Source: an uncultured archaeon
GTDB taxonomy: Archaea > Thermoproteota > Bathyarchaeia > Bathyarchaeales > Bathycorpusculaceae
Assembly (NCBI GenBank): GCA_963810275.1
Contig: CAWENF010000003.1
Location: forward strand, 1 to 64,000
Direction: 5' to 3'
Length of the DNA stretch: 64,000 bases
Part shown: positions 29,204-39,799 of the stretch, piece by piece
How positions within the stretch are numbered: the first letter of the stretch is position 1
Layout: each line of letters opens with the position of its first letter
The notes under the pieces: generated by a model
Told to the model about the DNA's origin: nothing
Seen by the model: the letters and a program-made list of their open reading frames with translations, nothing else
Databases searched by the model: none
Program-made: the position numbers and the translations under genes

Positions 29204-29845
29204 TTAATTTAACTCCAATTCCGGGATTTGTTTACAGATTTTTTCCCAGTTACCGGCAACATTTCGTTTAATTAGCTCTTTTGCTTTAGCAAAAACTGGA
29301 GAAGGCATCACCGACATCCACACTTTTGTCACAATTGCTTGATCATTAAGATCTAGCAGTGGAAACAACCAGTGAGAAAGAGTAGGAAATCGGTCTGGAG
29401 GAATCTTGCTTGACATCACTTGAGCAATAGAAATTTGGTCTTCATCTTTAGTTCTTTGTCTCAAAATTGGATAAAGATGTACATCCTCTTTATCTAAATG
29501 AATTCTTAAATGGGATCGCAAGACAGCAGTTGCTCTTGCGGTTGTCAAAAGATCAGGTGACTTACGGATTGACTCTAACCCGTTAACCATTAGGTCAAGT
29601 TCACGATGATCAATCAGATATGCTTGAGCAACCATAGGCGCGAGTTTGTCGATAGCTGGAAAAACAGCTACCTCCTCGCCTCTAGCATGATAATCCAAGA
29701 CTTCCCCTAAAATACTTAATCTGTTGAAAATTGCTTCTAAATCGCCACCAGAACGCGCTATTTCTAGCACTGTGGCATCAATTTCAGAAACGTCTCGTCT
29801 AAACGCATTATGAAAACAACGGACGATGTCAATGGGTTTAAGCAA
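29204..29845 (-). CDS. Hemerythrin-like (HHE cation-binding) protein
   Basis: HNAFRRD, HARGEE..VFP, DHRE, HLDKED..LYP. Confidence 0.88.
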   Translation of the reverse strand: MLKPIDIVRCFHNAFRRDVSEIDATVLEIARSGGDLEAIFNRLSILGEVLDYHARGEEVAVFPAIDKLAPMVAQAYLIDHRELDLMVNGLESIRKSPDLLTTARATAVLRSHLRIHLDKEDVHLYPILRQRTKDEDQISIAQVMSSKIPPDRFPTLSHWLFPLLDLNDQAIVTKVWMSVMPSPVFAKAKELIKRNVAGNWEKICKQIPELELN

Positions 29846-30264
29846 AACAAAAACCGCCTCTAAACTTATGTATAATACAGACTATAAACATATTTTCATA
29901 TACAAGAGCGGTCCTACAGAAAAACTCTCCAATACCACTCTAAACACATTGTTCTAAATTATAGAAAAGCCATGTGACCAGATATATTCAAAAATAAATT
30001 CAACCTAAATGACACTTTAAGGTGCATTTTGCCAAGATAAGGTTTGAAAGTACTACAAAAAGTGATGTAGGCCATACCAACCCTTCTTTTCGTTAAGCTG
30101 ATACCTAACACCCAAGAAAAAAGTTTTCACTAACCTGATTCTATCAGCAAGCGATTTACATTTTGACATAGCAAAGCTAAAAAATCCAGTAGAGAAGAAA
30201 GCCAGAAAAAACCATTATATATATCAAATCTCCGTTTTCATTTTAGGAAAGGATATGAATTTTT

Positions 30265-31011
30265 ATGATTATTTTTAAGAGTAAAAAAGCCTTAAGTGCA
30301 CTTGCTATTGTTTTACTGGTTGTGGGTATCGTTGTCATCGCAATTGGAGCGGTTTTTGTTTTTCTTTATGTCTCGCCTGGCAACCTAAAAACAGAGACGT
30401 TGGAGTTTAGCGGTTTTTCAGCTGTTGAAGCTGGATCAGCTTTCCAAGTCACCATAACCCAGTCAGACACCTATAGCGTAAAGATATCGGCGGGAGAGAA
30501 CATTTATGATAGAATCCAAGTTACGCAAGAGGGGGAAACCTTAAAAATTTTGGTTAATCCTGGCATATTTTTCGGAACCTTTGATGCGAAAGCAGATATA
30601 ATGATGCCTAACTTAGACAGGATAGACATATCTGGCGCAAGCCATGGTACAGTGGATGGTTTTAACACTTCGGACTCATTCACAGCTCATGTGTCGGGAA
30701 CTAGCTTCTTAGAACTAAAAAATTTAATGGTCGGAGATGTAGACTTTGAATTGTCCGGACTCTCACATCTTACAGGCATTGGAGCAGGAAGCAACCTCAC
30801 AGCTGCAGTATCTGGAGGAAGCAACTTAGATCTCGCCAACTTTCAAGTTACAAATGGAAATATTGACTTGAGCGGGGGAAGCCACGCAACTATTAAGATA
30901 GATGGGCGATTGGATGTTCAAGCAAGCGGCGCATCGTCACTTGATTACTTCGGCGAACCAACTCTTGGCATAATTAACACTTCAGGCGCTTCATCAATTA
31001 ACAAAAAATAA
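30265..31011 (+). CDS. DUF2807/GIN-type beta-helix surface protein with a class III (pilin-like) signal peptide
   Basis: KKA|LS followed by a hydrophobic stretch; repeated SGAS/SGGS/SGTS turns; Y.G.P...SGASSI ending. Confidence 0.82.
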   Translation: MIIFKSKKALSALAIVLLVVGIVVIAIGAVFVFLYVSPGNLKTETLEFSGFSAVEAGSAFQVTITQSDTYSVKISAGENIYDRIQVTQEGETLKILVNPGIFFGTFDAKADIMMPNLDRIDISGASHGTVDGFNTSDSFTAHVSGTSFLELKNLMVGDVDFELSGLSHLTGIGAGSNLTAAVSGGSNLDLANFQVTNGNIDLSGGSHATIKIDGRLDVQASGASSLDYFGEPTLGIINTSGASSINKK

Positions 31012-31032
31012 CCTCAACTGCCGATGCTTAAA

Positions 31033-32616
31033 CTACAGCTTAAGAAAAGCCATCAACCGCTCGATAACAACCAATACTTTAACAACTAAACCGCCAAGTG
31101 CACCCAACCCACCAACCATAACCTTGAGATTAGCAATATCGCCATGAGTAAAAGCCCTAGATAATAACAACGCTGGAACCACTACTACAACAAACATCAC
31201 CACCCCAAATAAAAGTCGCAGCCAAGCAGCAAAAGGCAACTCAAAAACCAAAAAATAAGTAGCCACTCCAGCAATTACTGAAGAAAGAAGAATACGCTCA
31301 GAGGCAGCGAAATCTACAGTGAAACCATATGTCCTCTTAACAAAGATAAGACCCATAACCAATTCCGGTATCTGAGCCACTATCGCAGTGAGAATCAAAC
31401 CCCAAACTCCAAAAGTTAAGATTGAGGCATACCCTAAAGGAAAACAGATCAAGCCAGTAACCAATCCAATCTTCAAAACAAATCTAGTCTTGCCCTGACC
31501 ATTCAAAAAAGCAGTCAAACTCATATTTCCAAAAGCCAAAAACACATACTGTATTGCCAATAAAGCAAGAAACAGCCCAGCAGTCTCATAAGCATTCCCA
31601 AATAGAGTCGCTACAGCCGGGCCAGACAAGCTCATAACTATAGCAATCACTGGTAAGAGAAGAAGCGAACCATACTTGACCGAAAAGCGAAAAACATTCC
31701 CAAGAGAATCCCTGTCCTTTTCAGGATCTAACTTAGAAAAAGCCGGAAACATCGTTGTAGCGATAGGCATAGTAACGAAGTTTATTAGCACAATGAAATT
31801 CATTGCTACACCATAGTTGCCGATAGTTACGTTATCAGTCACATAATGAATGGGTAACATGAAAGCATAGAATTGAGGAAGCAACAGTATAACAATAGTT
31901 GTAAAAGACAAAGGCAAACAATAACTAAGCATAGCGGTGAAGTAAGCATTTAGCTCAAGCTTACGCGAGGATGGTCTAGGAAGCTGTCTATAAATAACAC
32001 CGATTAACAAAACACCAATCACAGCTGCGATAAATGTGCCGGCTGTATAGCCTATGACAGCTCCAGAAGTACCAAAACCGAAAATAATTAAAACAATAAT
32101 AATCGCAGTTTTGGAGATATTTTGCAAAACAAGCATTACACTATTGAGCTCAAGACGCTCATAGCCAGTAAACGCAGCAGTGGCCGCAGCAACTAGCCCC
32201 ATAGCAAATATGGAAAAAGAAACAAGCTGGATAAGCGGAGCTACAACTGGACGATTAAATATGTTAGTTGCCAAAAAGTCCGCAAAGAAAAACGAGAACA
32301 AAGAGAGAGCTAAACCAACAGCAACTTCGAAAATAATACCAGTTAAATACACGCTGCGGATCTCGTCCAATCGGTTTTCTGCACGATACTGCGCAGTAAA
32401 GCGAACCATGGCAAAGTTCATGCCCCAGTCACGAAAAATCTGAATAAGTAATGGAACAGTAACAACAATAGTGTAGAGACCATACTGATCAGAACCCAAC
32501 AGCCTAGCGATAAAAATCATACCCACCGACAGTATGACTGTAGAAATAACCAAACCCCACAGCATATGAAAACTGCCCTTAGCCGAAACCCTAGCTATAT
32601 CCCCAACTTTGGCCAT
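31033..32616 (-). CDS. Oligosaccharide flippase (Wzx/MOP family)
   Basis: IARLLG.DQYGLY, D.G...A..RF, about 14 TM helices, FPAFSKL. Confidence 0.9.
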   Translation of the reverse strand: MAKVGDIARVSAKGSFHMLWGLVISTVILSVGMIFIARLLGSDQYGLYTIVVTVPLLIQIFRDWGMNFAMVRFTAQYRAENRLDEIRSVYLTGIIFEVAVGLALSLFSFFFADFLATNIFNRPVVAPLIQLVSFSIFAMGLVAAATAAFTGYERLELNSVMLVLQNISKTAIIIVLIIFGFGTSGAVIGYTAGTFIAAVIGVLLIGVIYRQLPRPSSRKLELNAYFTAMLSYCLPLSFTTIVILLLPQFYAFMLPIHYVTDNVTIGNYGVAMNFIVLINFVTMPIATTMFPAFSKLDPEKDRDSLGNVFRFSVKYGSLLLLPVIAIVMSLSGPAVATLFGNAYETAGLFLALLAIQYVFLAFGNMSLTAFLNGQGKTRFVLKIGLVTGLICFPLGYASILTFGVWGLILTAIVAQIPELVMGLIFVKRTYGFTVDFAASERILLSSVIAGVATYFLVFELPFAAWLRLLFGVVMFVVVVVPALLLSRAFTHGDIANLKVMVGGLGALGGLVVKVLVVIERLMAFLKL

Positions 32617-32799
32617 TGACTAGTAACCCATTATGACCAAAGCAATCTACAAAGAAGCGTTTATGAATTATGGTTAAAAGCCAATGCTAACAAAATAAAA
32701 AAGTCACAATCACCAACTAAAACCATTAACTAAACTTTCAACCCGTCAAGTTAACCACGACAGTAATTAGTACTTTAAACATATTTGACAAGCAACTAA

Positions 32800-34878
32800 T
32801 CACACAGTTGCAGCTGTACCGTTCACACTGAATAACCAAGCATCGCCAACACGTGAAACCACCATGAAATTGGGAGATGAAAGAAGCCCTTTCACATCGA
32901 AATGGCGATAGGTAGGATTTTCCAGATTATATGTAGTTGCCATAGAACCAACATAAATGTACGAAATATTATATTTAGCCAAAAGAGGAATAGCGTCTGA
33001 ATTAGAGGCATTGCTGGTTAAAATTTTCATTAAGGGCTCATATCCTTCTATATAGCTGTACGCACAAACGGTATATCGACCGGTAATGGGCATTACAAAC
33101 TGTCCACTATCACCCATTGACACCAAAATATTGGCATTAGCAGACAGATGGTCATTAATCCAACCCATCAAAGAGATATCTGCATCGGCAATAGTTTCAA
33201 ATGTACCAAACTGAAAATCAATGTTTTTAATCTTATTTTGTTGTTCATCTATAAGGTTATCACCATAAGACAACATAGTACCCCCCAGCATTATGAGCAA
33301 GCCTAGAACCCAAACTTTTTTCCTGAAATACTTTAGGACTGGTATATGCGGTCTCTTATCCAGTAACCAATTAAAGACAAAAACAATACAGGAAAATGCA
33401 AAGAAAAATACAAGACTTAGAAAAACAGTTCCAGGAATAAATAGATGCTGCCAAACACGCAGTGGATTCAATAAAGATGTCATAATATCAATTTGAAAGT
33501 TAAGTGATAATGTCAAATAACCTATTAATGTGAAGAACAAGAGATAGAAAAGTATTAAACCTCTCCTAAAACTAAGTGGAAAAACATAGTTCAACCTTTT
33601 AGATGCAAAAGGAAGACAAATTCCAATTAACAGGAACCAATTCCAAGGCGCAAACTGAAAAAGAAAATCATATTTTGCAAAGAATACGGAAAGTTGTGGT
33701 AAATCTAGAAACCAATTGAAACTCACAAGGGACCGAATAGATTCCGATAGAGAACTTGTCTCATTGGTCATGTTTGAAAATTGAACACCAACAATGTGAG
33801 AAGTGTAAATGGAATAAAAATAGGGAACAGCCAACATAACAGGCAACAAAAAGCCAAAAAGAATAATCAAACTTCTTCTATTCCAAATAGAAGAAAATGA
33901 AAAAGACCGCTTAGACCTAAAAACAGAAAACATTTTGACGATCAAAACTAATACCAACCAAACCACCGCTACGAACAGAGCATCAGGATATGTTTCTGCG
34001 GCGATAAAAATAACTAAACCCATAAGAAAAGCGTTAAACCAAGTAACCCTTTCTTTTAATAAAAAAACATAGAATAAACCCAAACAACTAATTGAGAGAT
34101 AAAATGACAATAAAAGAGGCAAGCCTCCCCAAGCTATGGGCAAAATTGTTAAGCCAGTAAAAAACGGAACGATAATCAAGCCTAGTAGAGCAACAGGTAG
34201 ACTCTGGAAAATAGATTTTAAAGAAGAGTAAGTTGCAAAGGCAATCAAAACAGGCAAAATAACACTAAATAGTAAAACAACCTTCTGTACAGCTACCCCA
34301 AGCAATGCTACAAAAAAGCCACACAAAACATGGGCACCCGACGGATAGTCTAGAACAAAATTGCCAAATGGAACCGAAGAACGAGAGAACAAAGCATTGG
34401 AATGGTCCAATAAAACCCTGACTATTAAAGAGTGCAAAGCAGAATCATCATTTGTTCCTCCATAATGCCCAACGGGAATGCTGGAACTAAGAAACAGTAA
34501 AGTTGTTAGTACACAAAAAACCGCAATTATTGGCGCATAAATCTTTAAAGTAAATTTAGGTAAATTCGGTTTAAAGCTCTTGCGCCCAACAACTGTTCCA
34601 ACGCAGGCTAGAGCCAAAATAAAGATAGATGGAAAAATCAAGGGCGCATTAAAAGCCGAGAAAATAAGAACAAAAAGAAAAATAAAAACAAAACCAAATA
34701 AAATTCTAAAGCTCACTTTTTGGATGAAATCAAATGAATTTAAAAAACCATATGAGCGCTTACCTAAAACAGAAATAAACCTAAGAAGACCATAACCAAC
34801 AAAATAGAGAGCAAATAAACTTAAAACTGCAAACAAGAAAGAATCAATAAAAGTAATCTGAGACCAATCCCACCACAT
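32800..34878 (-). CDS. Polytopic membrane protein, GT-C-like
   Basis: Many TM helices, external loop NDDSALH, YPSGAH, and a soluble C-terminal domain (WI...I...DSGQF, YNISYIYVG). Confidence 0.75.
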   Translation of the reverse strand: MWWDWSQITFIDSFLFAVLSLFALYFVGYGLLRFISVLGKRSYGFLNSFDFIQKVSFRILFGFVFIFLFVLIFSAFNAPLIFPSIFILALACVGTVVGRKSFKPNLPKFTLKIYAPIIAVFCVLTTLLFLSSSIPVGHYGGTNDDSALHSLIVRVLLDHSNALFSRSSVPFGNFVLDYPSGAHVLCGFFVALLGVAVQKVVLLFSVILPVLIAFATYSSLKSIFQSLPVALLGLIIVPFFTGLTILPIAWGGLPLLLSFYLSISCLGLFYVFLLKERVTWFNAFLMGLVIFIAAETYPDALFVAVVWLVLVLIVKMFSVFRSKRSFSFSSIWNRRSLIILFGFLLPVMLAVPYFYSIYTSHIVGVQFSNMTNETSSLSESIRSLVSFNWFLDLPQLSVFFAKYDFLFQFAPWNWFLLIGICLPFASKRLNYVFPLSFRRGLILFYLLFFTLIGYLTLSLNFQIDIMTSLLNPLRVWQHLFIPGTVFLSLVFFFAFSCIVFVFNWLLDKRPHIPVLKYFRKKVWVLGLLIMLGGTMLSYGDNLIDEQQNKIKNIDFQFGTFETIADADISLMGWINDHLSANANILVSMGDSGQFVMPITGRYTVCAYSYIEGYEPLMKILTSNASNSDAIPLLAKYNISYIYVGSMATTYNLENPTYRHFDVKGLLSSPNFMVVSRVGDAWLFSVNGTAATV

Positions 34879-35204
34879 TGCCTACTCCTCACAAAATCCA
34901 AAAAAGAATATCCGCACTGATATAATCCAATTAATCAAACATCGCACTGAAGTAGACAAGTAATTGTTCAATTTGCGGATCAGCCACTAACCCCCTCTAT
35001 CACGTATTTAACAAATATATCCTTATTCTAAACACATTGAAAATAAGGAGAAAGGAACGTTTACAGTGATATAAAATATCCAGAAGCAGTGACTGAATTG
35101 TTCTAACCAGTAAGATAATAATTAAACTCTACAAAAGAAAAAACCAATTTATCGGAAAAGGTTAAAAACAAAATAAGTAATCAGAGTCTTTAAGGTGCAA
35201 TCAA

Positions 35205-36203
35205 ATGAGTAATAAGACCATTGGAATCACAGGGGGCTCTGGCTTTATCGGTTCATCAATAGCCACAGGGCTAAACCAGAATTTTACTGTAAAGCTTATC
35301 GACTTAAAAGAGCCGCAAAGGAATCTCCCAGAAAACGTCAGCTTCCAAAAATGCGATATTACAAAAAAGAATGAAGTTGAGGTAGCTCTAAAAGACACAG
35401 ATCTGGTAATACATGCAGCCATCATTCAGATTCCAACTATCACAGAAAAAAAAGAGTTAGCCTACGAAGTTAACTTCATCGGAACTCAAAACATATGCCA
35501 AACTGTTGCAAATAACGAGAGAATAAAAGGACTTATCCTAGCAGGTTCATGGCATACAATAGGTGAAAAGGGCTTAAAGGGCACTATAAACGAAGAATTC
35601 GGATTCAGACCAGACAAAGTCGAAGAACGCGCCAGACTTTATGCACTCTCAAAAATGGCCCAGGAAGCAACAGTTAGATTCTTCGATGAGATGACACCTA
35701 AAGTATTTGGCATCATCAGAATGGGAACAGTTTTAGGCGACAGTATGCCAGAGAAAACGGCAGCAAACATATTCGTCGAAAATGGATTAAAAGGAAAACC
35801 ACTAACACCATTCAAACAAAGCATGTACAGACCAATGCTATACGTTGACATAAAAGATATTGCAAAAGCTTACGAGATTTTCGCAAAAAGAATTGTACAA
35901 GGCGAGATAAAAAAAGACGGCAACAGCATGTCGGACATATTCAATATTTACTACCCAGAAGCCATAACAATAATCGAACTAGCAGAAATAACTAAACAAG
36001 TAATCACAGAACAAACCAATGGAAAAATCCAACCAAAAATCGATATAATAGACAATAAACAACCAGTTGCCTTTGATGAAAACGACAAAAAGCAGATTGA
36101 AGTAGACACAAGCAAAGCTACCGCACTCTTAGGAAACCTGAAACTTAAAAGCCCAAAAGAATCAATAGAAGACATAGTAAAAATAAGGGCCTCTCGGCTC
36201 TAA
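35205..36203 (+). CDS. NAD-dependent epimerase/dehydratase (extended SDR)
   Basis: TGGSGFIG and YALSK motifs. Confidence 0.9.
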   Translation: MSNKTIGITGGSGFIGSSIATGLNQNFTVKLIDLKEPQRNLPENVSFQKCDITKKNEVEVALKDTDLVIHAAIIQIPTITEKKELAYEVNFIGTQNICQTVANNERIKGLILAGSWHTIGEKGLKGTINEEFGFRPDKVEERARLYALSKMAQEATVRFFDEMTPKVFGIIRMGTVLGDSMPEKTAANIFVENGLKGKPLTPFKQSMYRPMLYVDIKDIAKAYEIFAKRIVQGEIKKDGNSMSDIFNIYYPEAITIIELAEITKQVITEQTNGKIQPKIDIIDNKQPVAFDENDKKQIEVDTSKATALLGNLKLKSPKESIEDIVKIRASRL

Positions 36204-36236
36204 TTCAGCTTCTTTCTTCTCCCTGCAAAGTAATGT

Positions 36237-37352
36237 TTAGCTATGATTTTTTGCATTGACAATTGCAGTTGCCACAGATTTGACTTCTGAAGATGTTAGC
36301 CCTGAACTAGAAGGTAAGTTTAGGCCACAATGTGATAGTTTTTCAGCTACAGGATATTCCTCACCAAAGAAAAGACCCATCTCCCGGAACACCGGTTGTT
36401 TATTCATTGGAATAAAAAAAGGTCTCGTATCAATCTGACTAGAACACAATTTTTCCATTAAACAATCACGGGATAATCCAAATTCGGGCTCAACCAGCAT
36501 AGAATACATCCAATAAACATTCTTGGCCCAAGGCTTCTCAACAGGCAAGGTTAAACCAGCGACATTCGATAAAAATTCATTATACCGCCTTGCGTTTTCT
36601 CTTCTCATCTCTACGAATTCTTCAATACGCTCAAACTGAGCTAAACCAATAGCCGCCTGTAGGTTAGTCATTCTGTAGTTATAACCTACTTTTGAATGAA
36701 GATAAACACGACTGCCTTTAGGGAAGCATAAGTCTCTGAGAGAACGGGCATTTTCAGCCAAGTTTTCGTCGTTAGTTACAACCATGCCGCCCTCTCCGCA
36801 GGTTATGATTTTGTTTGCATAAAAGCTGAAGCAGCCCAAGGTGCCTAATCCACCCGCTTTCTTGCCTAAATATTCGGCGCCGTGAGCTTCTGCAGCATCT
36901 TCTATGATAGATAAGCCGTATTCATCCGCCAGTTTGGAGATAGACCCCATTTCTACTGGATGACCATAGATATGAACCGGCATTATAGCCTTCGTTTTGT
37001 CAGTAATCTTTTGCTCAATTTGAGACACATCCATGTTCCAAGTATCAGGTTCGGAGTCAACCAAAACAGGTTTCGCACCGCAATAAAGAAGAGGAAAAAC
37101 AGACGCTATCATGGTAAGCGCGGGAACTATGACCTCATCATCCTTCTTTAAATCAAGAGAGGCTAAGGCTAAATGGATGGCGGTCGTTCCACTTGTTGAA
37201 GTTATGCCATATTTACAGCCGCAATAATTAGCGAACTTTTCCTCAAATTCTCCAACGTACTTGCCCCTTGACGAGATCCAATTGGTCTTAACACAATCAC
37301 TTACATATTCGAGTTCCTTACTTCCTAAAAGTGGAACACAAACAGGAATCAT
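36237..37352 (-). CDS. DegT/DnrJ-family aminotransferase, GDP-perosamine synthase-like
   Basis: SGTTAIHLAL, EDAAEAHG, SFYANKIITCGEGG, GYNYRMTNLQAA. Start reassigned to MIPV at 37352 to avoid overlap with the upstream gene. Confidence 0.9.
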   Translation of the reverse strand: MIPVCVPLLGSKELEYVSDCVKTNWISSRGKYVGEFEEKFANYCGCKYGITSTSGTTAIHLALASLDLKKDDEVIVPALTMIASVFPLLYCGAKPVLVDSEPDTWNMDVSQIEQKITDKTKAIMPVHIYGHPVEMGSISKLADEYGLSIIEDAAEAHGAEYLGKKAGGLGTLGCFSFYANKIITCGEGGMVVTNDENLAENARSLRDLCFPKGSRVYLHSKVGYNYRMTNLQAAIGLAQFERIEEFVEMRRENARRYNEFLSNVAGLTLPVEKPWAKNVYWMYSMLVEPEFGLSRDCLMEKLCSSQIDTRPFFIPMNKQPVFREMGLFFGEEYPVAEKLSHCGLNLPSSSGLTSSEVKSVATAIVNAKNHS

Positions 37353-37354
37353 CT

Positions 37355-38110
37355 TTAATTGCTCCTCGTCCGAGCTACAAAAACCATATTCCAAACATTC
37401 TCATCGACAGCGCTATCTACCCTCATAAAAGGGCAAATCTTTAAAACTTCAAATCCTGCCTGCTCAAGGTAATACTTGGTCTCCTGTGGAAAATAAAACC
37501 TAACAATATGTTTCTCATCTATTTCTTCGCAGGTTCCGCCAGACTTTTTGTTGAAAATAAGGAGTTTGTAGTTGACTTCACAAATTTGATCAGCTGATCG
37601 CAGTACTGGCTGAGCAAACCGAAGAAGCTTTACATCGGGGGTTTGAACAGTTTTAAGTCTTGAGTCAGGTAGTAATCTCATTACTGCTAAACCATTCCAA
37701 ACGTCGAAAATGAAAAGCCCACCAGGCTTTAGGTGTTTGTAAACATTCTCAAAAGTGTGAATTATACTTGTAGTTTCAGTTATGTACCCCATGACTGCAA
37801 ACATTGCCAAGCAGACATCAAATGTCTCATTTAATGATACTGTCCGAATATCGCTGTTAACAAATTTGCAGGCACACTTGTGTTTTGCTACATCAAGCAT
37901 ATTCTCAGACAGATCTACACCAGTTACACCGTAACCTTTTTCAAAAAGGACTTTTGTGTAATTTCCAGTTCCACACCCAAGCTCAAGTACACTTTTAACA
38001 GCATGATCTTTGAAGAAAGATTCTATGAAATTCATTTCAGAAAGGTAATCTTTATCCTGATAGAGCAAATCGTAGTATTTTGCTAGATTAACGAAACTTT
38101 CAGCTTTCAT
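37355..38110 (-). CDS. Class I SAM-dependent methyltransferase (sugar methyltransferase-like)
   Basis: YYDLLY..KDY, VLELGCGTG, GVDLS..ML, LKPGGLFIFD. Confidence 0.9.
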   Translation of the reverse strand: MKAESFVNLAKYYDLLYQDKDYLSEMNFIESFFKDHAVKSVLELGCGTGNYTKVLFEKGYGVTGVDLSENMLDVAKHKCACKFVNSDIRTVSLNETFDVCLAMFAVMGYITETTSIIHTFENVYKHLKPGGLFIFDVWNGLAVMRLLPDSRLKTVQTPDVKLLRFAQPVLRSADQICEVNYKLLIFNKKSGGTCEEIDEKHIVRFYFPQETKYYLEQAGFEVLKICPFMRVDSAVDENVWNMVFVARTRSN

Positions 38111-38516
38111 TTATCATCACTTTATCAAATTCTTTTCCTAAATAGGGACCCTGCTTAACCTCAATCAACTTAGTATCCTCAAGCATAGAAAAACCATGCC
38201 CACCAGCAACAAAAAATATAGTCGAACCACACGACAACTCAACACACTTAAACCACTTTCCTTGGCTATCATACAAATCAACCTTTGCACAGCCAGATTC
38301 AACATGAACTATCTCCTGAATCTCTCGAATTAAAACCTCTTTTTTCAAATGAATATGAGGTTTAAGCATTGTTCCTCTATTATAAGAGCTCACTGCTAAC
38401 TGCAGCGGAAAACTTTTTTCTGACAAAAAATTTGTCCCTTCTTTTGTCTCTTCAGCATGCATAATAATAGCAATAAGTGAACCGTCTTCCGAAGTAACTT
38501 TTTCCAAAAAAATCAC
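38100..38516 (-). CDS. Cupin-fold protein of the sugar biosynthesis cluster
   Basis: PHIH...QE and GGHGF...EVKQGPY cupin motifs. Confidence 0.8.
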   Translation of the reverse strand: MIFLEKVTSEDGSLIAIIMHAEETKEGTNFLSEKSFPLQLAVSSYNRGTMLKPHIHLKKEVLIREIQEIVHVESGCAKVDLYDSQGKWFKCVELSCGSTIFFVAGGHGFSMLEDTKLIEVKQGPYLGKEFDKVMINES

Positions 38517-39568
38517 CGATCCAATCCTTGATATCGCGAAATTATCTTTGCCTCACTAGGATAATTCGAAGCGTCCCAAGGAAAACTTTCACCTTTTTGC
38601 CAACGCTCCCACCTTTGAAGATCCTCTTTAACCATGATCTCAACCAATTTATCAAACGTCACAGTAGGCGACCACCCGAGTTCTGCCTTAGCCTTAGTAT
38701 AATCGCCACATAGTCTTTTAACATCCACAGGTCTTAGAAATCGCTTGTCAACTTTTACGTAATCCTGCCAATCCAATCCACATATATTAAAAGCCTTTTC
38801 AGCAAACTCTCTAACTGAATGCGCCTCATTAGTGGCAATGACATAATCGCTAGGTTCCTTTTGCTGTAAAATTAGCCACATAGACCAAACATAATCGGGA
38901 GCATAACCCCAATCACGCATTGCATCTAAATTTCCCAAGTAAAGATCTTTTTCTATCCCCAAAGCAATTTTTGCAACGGTATTGGAGATTTTTCTTGTAA
39001 CGAACTCAAGCCCCCTTAAAGAACTTTCATGGTTAAACAAAATGCCATTACAAGCAAAAAAATTGTAACCCTCGCGATAAATCTTGGTTATCCAATAACT
39101 ATAGAGTTTAGAAGTTGCATAAGGACTAGATGGATGAAAAGGCGAAGACTCATCCAAGTTCGCAGTATGCCCATTGCCATATAACTCGCTAGTCGAGGCT
39201 TGATAAAACTTGATTTCAGGATTTGTTTGCCTTATCGCCTCTAAAACACGGGTAACCCCCAAACCAGTGATTTCGCCAGTGCTAATTGGCTGTTCAAAAG
39301 ACGCTCCTACAAAACTCTGAGCAGCCAGATGATAAACTTCATCGGGCATTGAAAGCCGAATAGCCTCAACCATTGAGCCCGCATCAACCAGGTCGGCGGA
39401 AATAAGATTTATCTCTTCAAATATCCCCAGATATTGTAAACGCCAAAAATTAGGTGTCGACAACCTGCGATAGGTCCCAAATACTTTATAGCCCTTTTTT
39501 AGCAAGAAATCAGCAAGATATGCGCCATCTTGACCAGTTACACCTGTAATAAGAGCACGTTTAACCAT
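38513..39568 (-). CDS. gmd: GDP-mannose 4,6-dehydratase
   Basis: ALITGVTGQDGAYLA, LAAQSFV, YQASTSELYG, NGILFNHES, FVTRKI, RDWGYA. Confidence 0.96.
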   Translation of the reverse strand: MVKRALITGVTGQDGAYLADFLLKKGYKVFGTYRRLSTPNFWRLQYLGIFEEINLISADLVDAGSMVEAIRLSMPDEVYHLAAQSFVGASFEQPISTGEITGLGVTRVLEAIRQTNPEIKFYQASTSELYGNGHTANLDESSPFHPSSPYATSKLYSYWITKIYREGYNFFACNGILFNHESSLRGLEFVTRKISNTVAKIALGIEKDLYLGNLDAMRDWGYAPDYVWSMWLILQQKEPSDYVIATNEAHSVREFAEKAFNICGLDWQDYVKVDKRFLRPVDVKRLCGDYTKAKAELGWSPTVTFDKLVEIMVKEDLQRWERWQKGESFPWDASNYPSEAKIISRYQGLDR

Positions 39569-39799
39569 TTATTAACTCGCCCAAGTTTGTAGGAAATAAA
39601 GAATAGGCTTGATATTTAGCTATCGGATAACAAAGGATAAGCAAAACCACAAGCGAATCGCTCTACTACGGATGAAACCAAATTAATAACTGACCAACAA
39701 AGAAAATTACGGATAAGAATTCAAGACACCGCATGATGCTTTCTGTGAAAAATCACATGTTTATTGTTAACTAAAATAGATACCAATACAAGAACTAAA

